DNA of 64,000 nucleotides, from NCBI GenBank assembly GCA_035221665.1, contig CM069148.1:45136001-45200000 (forward strand). The letters run 5' to 3'. Shown piece by piece: positions 37,834 to 49,970 of this stretch (position 1 is the first letter of the stretch; every line of letters starts with the position of its first letter). The translations under genes and the position numbers were made by a program. Origin of the DNA: Okamejei kenojei. Lineage: Eukaryota. The notes under the pieces were generated by a model. That model was not told the origin of the DNA. It saw only the letters and a program-made list of their open reading frames with translations, and ran no database searches.

Positions 37834-39211
37834 CTGGAACAGACATCGCCATCAGCTACCGATCACCCAAATGGAGAATAACAAACAGTGCCTGCTACCT
37901 CGCAAGGGTGATTTATATTTAGAAGTAATTTATGAACTGAATCTCATCAAGTGGTTTATATATAGATTATCAGAATGATTTACATGCTGGAATGTGATCA
38001 AGGTGGTTTCAATATTTTAAATGTAAGATAACAGACATGTGGGAGTGCGTTGTTGGAATATAAAGGGTGGGGGGGGGGGGGGGGGTACAGGGGGTGATGC
38101 TTTTATAGAATTACAAGTGTTCGGGAAGGTCTGGTTGTAGGTGGAATTAGATGGCAACCTTTGGTAGTTTGTATATAAATCACGCAACTTGTTTCATGTG
38201 TTGGTCATGGGATGCCGACATCACTGAAAATGCCCACATTATTTGCCGATCCCAATCACCCAGAGGGGCAGATAGGAGTTAACAACACAGGTGGGTCTGA
38301 AGTCATGGAAAATTTCCTTCCTGCATGACATTTGTCAACCAATGAGTTTTTAATCCAATAGTTTCTCATCGTGACTGGAGAAATGGTGCAGGAAAGTGGG
38401 TTTCAGATTCCTGAGGAACTGGGACAGCTTCTGGGAGAAATGGGACCACAGCACACCAGACAGATTGCACCTCGACAGGAACATGACCAATACCCTCGAG
38501 GGGCAGTTTGCCAGAACCGCTGTGGAGGGGTTAATCTAGTGTGGGTGGGAATCTGCAGGTAGAATCAAAGCTCAGCTGAAAATAGGACTGGGGGTTCCGG
38601 TGAGGAGGCATTTAAGGAAGAAAAAAAATAATCTACATAGGTAATGACAACTAGAGTGAATAAGAACAGGCACAGAGTAGAATGAAAAGGGAATTTAAAT
38701 AATAATTGCATTTGGTATACTATCTTCAGCTGTTTAACTTCCACTCAGGTTTTGTGGCTTTTAAGGTTTACTGTGCATGTAAGTGAGTGTGGTAAATAAA
38801 GTTAGTGAACTACAGACACAAACAGCTGCATGTGCTGGTGATAACAGAAACTTGGCTCAAAAAAGGAGCACGTCCAGGCCTTAGAGGTTCCTGGATACAG
38901 AGTGTTCAGGCAAGGTAGGGAAGAAAAAAAGCAGTGTCGATTAAATAAAATATTAGTGCTGGAGAGGATGGTGCAGACTTGCCAAAGACAGAATTCTTTT
39001 TATTGAGGTAAGAAACTGTAGAAACAGAATTGGAAGTTCTTCTATATGTTACCAACAACTAAGAAAGATATAAAGCAGTGAATATGCAGGCAAATTAGAG
39101 AAGAACCAAAAACTATACAGTAGTAATAATTGGGGGGGCTGTCCCAATTAAATATGCTGGGATAGCAATATGTTAATGGCAGAGAGGTTAAAGCATTTCT
39201 GAAATACTGAG

Positions 39212-39665
39212 ACTCATGGAGTTATACAGCACAGAAACAATTCCTCCGGCCCAACTTGCCCGTGCCAACCAAGATGCCCCATCTACACTAGTCTCACCTG
39301 CCCGCATTTGGCCCACATCCCCCACAACCTTTTCTATTCATGTACCTGTCCAAATGTATTTTAAATGTTGTTAAATTACCTGCCTCAAGCAGCTCATTCC
39401 ATAAACCTACCACCCTCTGTGAGAAAAAGTTGCCCCTCAGGTTCCTATTAAATCTTTCCCCTCTCACTTTAAACCTATGTTTTCTGATTATTGATTCCCC
39501 AACTCTGTAAAAGATTGTGCATTCACCCTATCTATTCCATTTAAGATTTTATACACATCTAAAAGATCACCCCCTCAGCCTCCAGCGCTCCAAGGAATAA
39601 AGTACTACCCTGCCCAACCTCTTCATATATCTCAGGACCTCAAGTCCTGGTAAAATCCTTGTAAA
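39212..39665 (-). mobile_element. 3' fragment of a CR1-type LINE
   Basis: ILPGLEVLRYMKRLGRVVLYSLERWRLRG followed by a tail. Confidence 0.75.
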
Positions 39666-39711
39666 CAGAATAAATTCCCTGAGCAGTAAGTTTCTGGTCC
39701 AACAAGAGGCA

Positions 39712-41160
39712 GGCATTGGAGAAACAAGAAACTGCAGGTGCTGGAACCTTGAGCACAAAACAACAAAGTGCTGGAGGAACCTATGGGTCAGGCAGCATCT
39801 GTGGAGGGAATGGACAGATGATGTTTTGGCTCGGGACCCTTCTTCAGAGTGGCTGGAGTTGGGGGGGGGGGGGGGGGGGGAAGCTGGAAAAGAGGCGAGA
39901 GTGGGGCAATGTCCAGCAAGTGATGTATGGATGCAGATGGGGGGGGGGGGGGAGATGGGGGTTGATTGCCAGATGGATGGAGTAAGTGGTAAAGGCTGGA
40001 GGTGAAAAGGAGGCAAATGAATACCAGATGAGGGAAGAGGAGAAGTAAAATGTGAAGCCAGTTGCAGAAATAGTGGGGAGGGGTTGGGACTCGGAGATGG
40101 GAGATGAGTGTAGGAAGGAGGGGAAAGATGCAAAATGATTGGAGAGGTGGGTGAAATGTATGAGGGTGGGGGTGACAGAGGAAAGATAGGAGCGTGTATT
40201 AAATGAAATTGAATAATTTAATGTTCATACTGTTGGTTTGTCAGCTACCCAGACTATGAGGTGCAGCTCTTTCAGTTAGCGGTGGCCTCACTCTGACCAA
40301 GAAAGATCAGTATGGGTATGGGAACAGGAGTTAAAATGGTTAGCAATTTGGAGTTTCAGTAGACCAAGGTGAACAGAGTGCAAGTATTCAGCAAAACAGT
40401 TGCCTAGTCTATGTTCGGTCTTGCCAATGTAAAGGAGGCCACATCAGCAGTAGACAAAGTTGGAAGAGGTAGACGTGAAAACTTGTCTCACCTGGAAGGG
40501 GTGTTGAGTTCCCTGGATGGGAGATGCAAGGACTGGCATTACATCCCCATGCAGGTAGGGAAGGGGACTGGTTCAGTGGGGAAGGATGAGTGAACCAAGG
40601 AGCTGCAAATTGAGTTGTCTCTACACAAAGCAGCGGGGCGGGAAAAAAATGTGACTGATGGTGGGATCACATTTAAGGTGAACGAAATGTTGGAGAACAA
40701 TGTGTTGGATGCGGAGGCTGGTGGGATGAAATGTGAGGTCCAGGGGAAATCTATCCTTGTTCCTTCTTGGGAGAGTGGGAGTGAAAGAAGAACTGTGGGA
40801 TGCAGAGGAGACACATGTGAGGGACCCATCCACAATAGCACAGGAAGGTGGGGGGGGGGAGCCATACTTACTGGAGAGGGCATCTTGGGAGGAGGGGCAG
40901 CGGGGATGAAATTGAGAGTAAGGGATGGATGCAGTCCTTACAAGAAACAGGGTGAGTGGAGTGTGGTCAAGGCGGGTGTCAGTAGGTTTGTAGTAGATGT
41001 CAGTTAATAGTTTGTCCCTTGTGATGGAGATAGAGATTGAGAAAGGGGTGAGAGGTGTCACAGATAGTCTAAGTGAATTTGAAGACAGGGTGGTAGTTAG
41101 TAGTAAGGTTGATGAAATCAACGTGATCAGCACGGGTGCAGGAGATAGCTAATGTAAAGG
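39712..41160 (-). mobile_element. Penelope-like element remnant (RT thumb, GIY-YIG region, terminal repeat)
   Basis: LLTDIYYKPTD, SIPYSQF and LTFHPTSLRIQHIVLQHF. Degenerate hammerhead-like motif at about 39820-39847. Confidence 0.82.
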
Positions 41161-41450
41161 AGCAAGAATTGGGGAATGGTGCTGGGGTATGTCTGGAACA
41201 AGGAGTGTTTAACGTAATCAACAAAAAGACAGGCATAGCTGGGAGGTAATTGTGTGTGTGTTCATTATCTATTGTCCGTTCTATCAGCACATTGGCTGGG
41301 GCAGGAGTAATTGTTACCTGGACGAGAAAAGATTATTGAAGTCAAGCCAGGACCGATTTGTTATTGGAAATTGTGTTTAACCGATTTGTGAACATTTTCT
41401 CTTTGAGTTAACAGATGGAGCTGATGAGGATAACTTTTCCACACATTCCC

Positions 41451-41592
41451 TTCCAAGCTCTCTCCCCCACATTCCCATCTCACCCTCCCATAGTCCCAGC
41501 TGTCTCCCTCATATTTCCAGCTGTCTCCCTCACCTTCTCATCTCTCTACTCCATATTCCCGGCTCTCTCCCCAACATTCCCAGCTCTCCTTC
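41451..41592. repeat. 21-bp minisatellite (about 7 degenerate copies) next to a splice donor
   Basis: Units like tcccagctctctccccaacat. Confidence 0.75.
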
Positions 41593-41598
41593 ACGTAC

Positions 41599-41720
41599 CC
41601 AGGTCTCCCCAAAGACCCATGGCGGAGTGCTGAAAGACATCACAGGTAGAAAAGTCACAACCTGCAGCCACCGGATAAAGAGCTCCTCGTCTGCCAGAAA
41701 ACCATTTGTCAGCGAACCTC
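41599..41720 (-). CDS. SITS-binding protein-like GH31 exon
   Basis: Acceptor gatcttccag, donor gtacgt, 122 nt, phase 1/0. Encodes (G)GSLTNGFLADEELFIRWLQVVTFLPVMSFSTPPWVFGETW, with the GH31 ELxxRWxQxxxFxP motif. Confidence 0.93.
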
Positions 41721-41805
41721 CTGGAAGATCAAAGGACACAGAGCAAAGGTTTCGAGCTCGACTAAAATATTGAGAAAGTGAATGTTTTCTTTGCCATGAC
41801 ACATA

Positions 41806-43543
41806 CAGTGCATTCAGAAAGTACTCAGACCCCTTCACTATTTCCACATTTTGTTACGTTACAGCCTTATTCTAAAAAGGATTATTATTATTTTTTTTTA
41901 AATCATTAATCTTTTTTTCTTCCCTTTTTTCCTCTTTTTTTGTATGGCTTTGTAAATATTTGATTAGTGTATAAATGTAAATAATTTGGTGTACATATAG
42001 CTGCTGGTGTACATATAGCTGCTAAATTTGTATAAAATAATTATAAGCAGTTGAATAATGGGTGGGAATTAATAAGCTTTGGCTTCTTCCTGCTCCTTTT
42101 CAGACACATACGATTCATTTATTTATAGATACTGTTTATGACACTTGATAAATATTCTTGTTTTGTTTTTTGTATGGCGTTTCACACATGCTTTTTATTG
42201 TTTTATTCTGTTCGAAATAAAGAACTAAATAAAAATAAATAATACATATAATCTACACACAATACCCCATAATGAAAGTGAAAACAGGCGTTTAGAATTT
42301 TTTGCAAAGTAATTAAAAGGAAATAACTGAATTATTACATTTACATAAGCGTTCAGACCCTTTACTCAATGCTTTGTTGAGGCCCCTTTGGCAGCGATTA
42401 CAGCCTCAAGTCTTCTTGGGTATGATGCTACAAGCTTGACACACCTGTATTTGGGTAATTTCTCCCATTCTTCTCTGCAGATCCTCTCAAGCTCTGACAG
42501 GTTGGATGGGGAGCATCGATGCACAGCTATTTTCAGGTCCCTCCAGAGATGTTTGATCGGGTTCAAGTCCGGGCCACTCAAGGACATTCACAGACTTGTC
42601 ACAAAGCCACTCCTGCGTTGTCTTGGCTGTGTGCTTAGGGTCGTTGTCCTGTTGGAAGGTGAACCTCCGCCAGTCTGAGGTCCAGAACGCTCTGGAGCAG
42701 GTTTTCATCAAGGATTTCTCTGTACTATGCTTTGTTCATCTTTCCCTCAATCCTGACTAGTCTCCCAGTTCCTGTCGCTGAAAAACATCCCCACAGCATG
42801 ATGCTGCCACCACCATGCTTCACTGTAGGTTTGGTATTGGCCAGGTGATGAGCGGTGCCTGGTTTCCTCCAGACGTGTCGCTTGCCATTCAGGCCATAGA
42901 GTTCAATCTTGGTTTCATCTGACCAGACTATCTAGTTTGTCATGACTTTTGGCAAACTCCAAGCGGGCTGTCATGTGCGTTTTACTGAGTGGCTTCCGTC
43001 TGTGGTCAGTTTGGCTGGGCAGCCAGCTCTATGAAGAGTCCTGGTGGTTCCAAAGTTCTTCCATTTAAGAATGACGGAGGCCACTGTGCTCTTCGGGATC
43101 TGCAATGCTGCAGAAATTGTTTTATACCCTTCCCCAAATCTATGTCTCGACACAACCCTGCCTCGGACGTCTACGGACAATTCCTTCATCTTCATGGCTT
43201 GGTTTTTGATCTGACATGCACTGTCAACTAAGGGGCCTTGTATAGACAGGTGTGTGCCTTTCCAAATCATGTCCAATCAATTTAATTTACCACTGGTGGA
43301 CTCCAATCAAGTTGCAGAAACATCTCAAGGATAATCAATGGAAACAGGATGAACTTAAGCTCAGTTTTGAGTGACATAGCAAAGGGTCTAAATACTTGTG
43401 TAAATGTTATATTTCACTTATTTATTTTTATTTACTTTGCAAAAATTTCTAAACACCTGTTTTCGCTTCTTCATTCTGGGGTATTGTGTGTAGATTGATG
43501 ATTTAAAAAAAAAGAACCAATCAATTTTAAAATCAGGCTGTAA
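41806..43543 (-). mobile_element. Decayed Tc1/mariner (Tc1 family) transposon
   Basis: Left end TA|cagtgcattcagaaagt. Transposase pieces: KELSVDVRGRVVSRH...GYKTIS, FTFQQDNDPKHTAK, PDLNPIKHLW, LEAVIAAKGASTK. The right TIR is truncated, and the left TIR carries an AT-rich insertion (about 41905-42250). Confidence 0.92.
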
Positions 43544-45218
43544 GGTTTGAACACACTGCACACCTATGCATCTCTTATTCATAATTGAGCCTTGGGCCTT
43601 GGACAACCTGACACTAGCTGAGCCATAAGCCCTCAATGCTCAAGACCTGGGTATCATTTCACCAGCACAGGCCACCAGTGAATGTTAGGGTGTCAGGCCT
43701 TGCTACCGCACACATTTGCATCCTAAACTAACCACATCTTCAATGTGCATAGAACAATCATTTAGGGGGAGAAGGGGGGAACAGAGGACTACAAAACTGG
43801 TCATTGGAGTAGAGGGAAAGAGATAGGGATTACTCGGGTGGAGGGAAGGAGTTCAGGATAACATAAGAAGTAAGAGCATGTGGGTCATCCTTTCTCCCAA
43901 TCGTCAGTTATGGCTGATCTCCTCCTCAATACTATTTTACTTCACACTCACTGTATCCCTCAATTCCATTAATGTCTGGAAAGCCACCCATGTCTGTTTT
44001 GAATGAACACAATGAATAAGCGTCCTGGGTAGAAAAGTAAAAAAATTCACCACCTTCTGAGTGAAAAATATTTTCCTCATCTTTATTTTAATACTTCATA
44101 AGATGGAACTCCTCTATTCAAACAGTGCCCTTTGTTATAGACTCCTCAGGCAGGGGAAACAGTCTCCGTGCATTGTCCTTTTTGTACATTTCAAAGATAT
44201 CTGTCATTTTTTGAAACTCTCGGGACTACAACCCATCATCCTACTCAATCTGGTCACTGAGGTGTGGGAAAGCAGCTCAGGATTACAAGACTGATCACCC
44301 CTCTATCAACATCCTTGAGTTTACGGAATGTGTAAGATGTAAATGTGAATATGGGTCTCAACCCGAAAAACATCACCCATTCCTTCTCGCCAGAGATGCT
44401 GCCTATCCCGCTGAGATACTCCAGTTTTCTGTGTCTATCCTTGAGCTTATATTGACCACGTTGAACAGGAGTAGCCATATATACAATGTGGCTACAAGAA
44501 CAGGTTAGAGACTAGGAATCCCGAGGTGAATAACTCACCTCTTATTCCCCATAGCCTGTCCATCATCTACAAGGCTCATGTCAGAAGCATGATGAAATTC
44601 GCTCCACTGGCCTGAATGGCCCTTATTTAACTCTGACCCAATTCCTGACATTTTACAGGACATAGCAGCCTGCTTCCTAGGCACTCTATCCATAACCATT
44701 TAATGACCTTCCTTACTTTGCAAGATCAGAAGTAAGAGGTGTAGACTGATGATTGTACAATGTTCTGTACCATACACGACTCCTCACATATTGAAGCAGT
44801 CCACAAGCAAATGCATGAAGCCCTGAAGCTGATATTTATAAAGAAAGATATACCTTTATGTATGGCCTGAATGAGATGGACAAAAGGGTTGGTTTCTTCG
44901 CTGCTTGCTTGTATGAGGGCTGAATGGCTACTTTTGGTGTTGTATATGTTCTACGATGTATATCTTGAAAACCCTCACATCTTGAAACTTAACCCATAAT
45001 TTCTCATGTGGATTAGTTTGATCAATGCCCATCACAGATTTAATGAATTAATTAATTAACTTAGGATATGACTACCTCGATCCCCAAGAGGAATGTTTTG
45101 CCCTCTCTAGTAGGGCCATGTGTAGATTGATTCAAGAGAGAGAATGCGTAATGTTGGCTGACACAAGACTAGCATTTCTCCAACAATACAAAAACACACA
45201 TCATTGTTTTTCTATTAC

Positions 45219-45355
45219 CTATTGCATCTGGAATGAAGAAGCTGTATCCCAGCAAGCTGTAGTGAAGGACAGAGGGAATGAGGCCCTTTAATCCTGCATA
45301 ACTCCAGTCAGACTCTCGGGGTACCATTCGAACAAACAGTGGCAAGTGAGCGGCC
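45219..45355 (-). CDS. SITS-binding protein-like GH31 exon (acid/base region)
   Basis: Acceptor gtactgtag, donor gtaata, 137 nt, phase 2/1. Encodes (R)AAHLPLFVRMVPRESDWSYAGLKGLIPSVLHYSLLGYSFFIPDAI(G), resembling the MYORG pattern GLxSLIPxVL...LGYxFxxPDxxGG. Confidence 0.92.
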
Positions 45356-46275
45356 CTACAGTACACAAGACATATATGAACAACTCTGTCACATCCTCAC
45401 TCGTTAAGTAAAGCAGCCCATTATCAAATGATGTCAAAAATCATGATAAAGGAAATGAAGCAAGATACAGAGAAAGGTAGTGAGAGAGAGACAGCGAGAG
45501 AACTGCTACATAAAGGGAGATGGAGCGGGCAAAGGGCAGAGAGAGCTAAAGTCTACAGCACACATCACAGCGATAAGAGAGATTGCAGCATTAGGTGACA
45601 GATTTGGGTAGGGCAAGAGCAGGAGATAAAGAAAGCTCCATCGGGAGATATGGAGATTCAGTTAGAGTTTACAGGAAGCTGGAGTAACAAGAGAGAGATT
45701 CCTAGATAGCAGCAAGATAAAGCAAAGGGGGGGGGGGGGGAGAGCGAGAGTGCTGTACACAGGGAGATGATGAATGAGAAACAGATAATGATGCACAGTG
45801 TTACAGAATGGTTACAACAAGGAGGGAGGCAATTCAGGCTATCATGTATATCCAGACTCCATGTAACAATAATCCACACCCCTACCCTCTCCCAATTGCC
45901 ATGCAAATTATTTTATTTTTAAGACAATTTTTTTTAAAACAATTTTTACAATAAAATGTTAAAACAAATGTTCTCAATGCTGCTTGTGTGAGGTTGTGTG
46001 CTCCAATTGTTGCATTTCCAATCTTTCACCAGTAAACACATCACACAAATTCACCTGGAGCAACAAGGCACTGTAGAAAAGCACTTCCTTTCTTTACACT
46101 GGGCAAAATACCCGTGTTTGATTCTCAATGGCAGGGGTTTGGAGCCAAGGATTGTAATAGTCCTATGTGATAGTCTCACTGTGACATGCTCCATCTTCTG
46201 CCCAGATAACTTCCATTCCATTCCCTTTGTCCATTCCCAATTCTCTCTCGTCACCATCCCTCCCTTCAGACAAAA

Positions 46276-46492
46276 TGTGTAGGAAGGAACTGCAGATGCT
46301 GGTTTAAACCAAAGATAAACACAAAAAGCTGGAGTAACTCAACCTTACAGGCGGCATCTTTGGAGAGAATGAATGAGTGACGTTTCAGATTGAGACCCTG
46401 AAGAAGGGTCTCGACCTGAAATGTCACCCATTCCTTATCTCCAGAGATGCTGCCAGTCCCGCTGAGTTACTCCAGCTTTTTGTGTCTATCTT
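46276..46492. mobile_element. Palindromic Penelope-derived element (head-to-head terminal repeats)
   Basis: Arms meet at tgacgtttcagattgagaccc-tgaaga-agggtctcgacctgaaatgtca. Degenerate 15-bp direct flanks catccctcccttcag / cattcctcgcttcag. Confidence 0.78.
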
Positions 46493-47164
46493 CATTCCTC
46501 GCTTCAGGTTGTTCTCAGTTGGTGGTCCCCAGCTCCCAGTCATCTTCACAATGGAGATTCAGTCTGCCACAGCCCCGCACCAGGTTGCACTCATTGCCGT
46601 TCAGGTTCCTATCCACCTACAGTCTGCTTATTCTTTAATCTCCAGTTCAGATACTCTCAGCCTACAGTCACAATTACTCCAGCACAGGCAAGCTTCCATA
46701 TCAGTTACTCTCAGCCCCATTTACTATTTCCTGAGGAACACACACAATTACTTTCAGTCTCCAGTGCATCGTCTCAGTCATAAAGCTGCAATCCTGGTTA
46801 TTCATTGTCTCAGTTCATTTTACTCTCCGTTTCTGTCTGGTTTAGCCTCCGACACGGTGACTCTTAGTACCAGTCGTTTATTCTCAATCCTCATTCCTGG
46901 CCACTCCCAATCCTCAAACTCGTTGGTATAGTCTTATTTATTTTTGGCCACAGTCCCAGTTACCCTGTTTCGCCTAGTTTCTCCTAGTGTAGGTTGCTGT
47001 CCTTCTCAGTGCTGTTTATTCTCAGCCCACAGCCCAAGTTATCAGACACAGCACTAGCCATGTTATATCTGTAATCTTGGTTACTCTTTGCCCCATTCCC
47101 GTTCATTCTCAGTCTGCAGTTGAGGTAACTGTTGATCAGCAGAGTTGGTTTCAAGCATACATAC

Positions 47165-47433
47165 CTAGTGGCAGCTGATATAATTGTTGCATTTCCCAGC
47201 TTCTGAGCCAGCAGTGCAAACTGGTTGATGTATTCATCGCCACACTGTCGGCAGGGATGATGCTGCGCCTGCCACAAATAGGGGCTTCCCACTCCCACTT
47301 CCAGAGTGATATAGTTGACGTCGAACCGCCTCTGAAGGCTACGGACCTGCTCGATGAACCAGCCCTGTGCCTCCTCATCGCTGATGTTCAACTTCACCGC
47401 AAACCTCCCCCTCCACTTCATCAGGAGGGGTCC
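47165..47433 (-). CDS. SITS-binding protein-like GH31 exon (nucleophile region)
   Basis: Acceptor cttctcttgcccag, donor gtatgt, 269 nt, phase 0/2. Encodes GPLLMKWRGRFAVKLNISDEEAQGWFIEQVRSLQRRFDVNYITLEVGVG...LGNATIISAAT. Corresponds to the GH31 'LDFTNPEAxxW' segment and the nucleophile strand. Confidence 0.88.
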
Positions 47434-49841
47434 CTGGGCAAGAGAAGGACACAGAGGAGTTAAGGCAACTGCACAGATTTGGGGACAGTCAAGTAACAGG
47501 AAATAAAACATGTTAAGTGAAAGAGACAGAAAATACCAGAAATATTCAGCCGGCCAGACAGCATTCGTAGAGATAACAGATTTCTAGATTAATAATCTTT
47601 CATCAGAAAATACTGTATCTGATAAAAGTATTGACCTTAAATGTTTCTCTCTTCAGTAAGCCTGCTTGAGATACTGAAAGTATACACATTTTCCCTCATT
47701 ATTGCATATTTCACTCTTGTCAATATTCTGCTTTAGTGATTAGGGTTTGTTTGATATTCTAGTAAAAAATGAAGACGATGTGGGCATTCAGGGATTGATT
47801 TAAATATATGCACATCCTTACCTCGCTAATCAAGTCATGTGTCTTAATCATTTCAATCCAGCAGAGGGCAGGTAGCTTACATCAAGCCTAAACCTTCTAG
47901 TTCTAATAGATGCCAGAATAGCATAGGATTACTATTTCTGACCTCACACCTCCCAGAGCCAGAACAGAACATCCCCAGGGCAGGTACTGCATGGGTGAGA
48001 TACAGAGTAAACAACTTACAGTAAAACTCCTTTCATCTGACACACTTGTGACGTTGGCGGTGCATCATTTTTGAGACCACATAATTAATTCACTTTTCTT
48101 AAATGTTACACAGTAAAATTATTAATTTATAAAGTGAACCCTAAGGGAACATAGGAAACAGAGTCAGGTAAGTTTGAAAGGAGCACAACTAACAGAACCA
48201 AGTAGACTTTTACACCATCCCATGAAACACTCCTAAAGCAGGAGGGCAGGATATGTTGATTGGAGACAGCTTACTCCAACTAGTGTAGAACTGCAGCATT
48301 GCAGATTGTGGGCGACTGCAGCTGGAGAAATACTATTATGAACACTGAAGACCTACACATGTATTTTAAGATTTATGACTGGATGTAAAACATTGCAGAG
48401 GTGGAGCACTGCAGAGATTCATGTATTGCACTTTTCCATCCATGATACAAGGGAACTCCCTTTCCACTTCAATTGCTGAGGTCTGCTGGAGCTGCCTGGC
48501 TGAATGACTGCAAGGGCAGTTTAAAAGAAGGGTATCCCCATTGAACTGCATGTGAGTGAGACCATATTGCAGGGTTCACAGTTCAGTACGATTTCTCTCC
48601 GACGGCGGCTAGCGTGCATTTGCGGGTGCGGCCATGCGCACTTGGCATGGTATGCGCAAGAGGGGCTGCCGCGAAAGAAAATCGCTTGCCTAAGAGCACT
48701 GCGCACTCCCTCCCCCCATGTCACTAATATGTGAGTGACCGGGGCACATGCGCCGGCATAGTCTTGGCCTTCACTTGGCATCTCTGCTTATGCCTATTTA
48801 TCTGTCCCTAATCTTATTTTTTTAATAATTAGTTTAATCTGGGTTTAGTATGGCTCTTTGGTGTTTGTTTTATTTAGGGACCAGGACTATCCAAAATAGA
48901 GAAGGAAAAAGTGAATATTTAGAAGAGCTGTCCTAACCTCTTAGCTAGTTCCATCTTGATGGCTTATGAGCACTGCTGGTGCCACCCTTTTACTACCCCT
49001 GCGCCAAAAGCAGGCAGTTCAAGAGTCAGTGGCAGTCACTACTTCAGCAGGAAATGAGAGAGAGGTAGTGCAAAGACAATTTTGCTTCTTAAAACAAAGG
49101 AAAAAGCCGGAGGCTGGTCCTGAGTGAGCTAGGAGAGTGTAGAGGTGTGGTCCGTGACAAGGGAAGGGTTTTAAGTCCATCATTAGTAGCGTGGTGGATA
49201 TCCTTGAGACTCTGACTGAGTCTCCTCTCATTGCCATTGGGCACTCTGGATTTTCCTTGTTAAAAGCAAGAAGACTACAGTAAAGTCCAGCTGACCAGTG
49301 TTTACGTTCATGTAGTTGTGTGTCTTGTTGCTTTTTTAGTATGGCTGTATGGTAATTCGCATATCACGGTATCTTAATTGGTACATGTGACAATAAAAGT
49401 CCTTTGAAACCTTTACTGTTTGGATTTGGTTGTATGCTCTGTCCATGCAGCCATCAACAAGATGGGAAGGGAAGGGACATGGCCCCAAATGTGCAATCTT
49501 CATTCATGACATTTCTCACCAAGCTTCTGAGGGAGTATCAAAATCCAGCAACTTGACCTGGAGGTCTGAAGGAAGAGGGTTCCAAATCGACTACCTCAGT
49601 ACCCTTCATATGATCAGTGCCACATTCAAACTTGGTTTGGGCAGACGTGCACCAAGCTTGGGTGGGGTCTGCATACTGGTCTAAGCAGCTGCTACAGGAT
49701 GTTGGTGATGGAACTGAAGTTGTTTTGACATGATGGTAACCATGGTCAATCTCAACATCAATGGCAGTAGGGGTTCTATCCACATATTTAACAATCTTTT
49801 GGTCCTCAGCAAAGAGAGATTTAAGAAGTAATTTAAGAAAT

Positions 49842-49970
49842 AGTTTAAGAAGGAACTGCAGATGCTGGAAAATCAAAGGTAGACAAAAATGCTGGAGAAA
49901 CTCAACGGGTGAGGCAGCATCTATGGAGCAAAGGAAATAGGCAACGTTTCGGGCCAAAACCCTTCTTCAG
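49842..49970 (-). mobile_element. Penelope terminal-repeat fragment with an intact minimal hammerhead core
   Basis: Minus strand 49941-49970 reads CTGAAGA-AGGGT-TTTG-GCCC-GAAACGTT. Confidence 0.78.
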
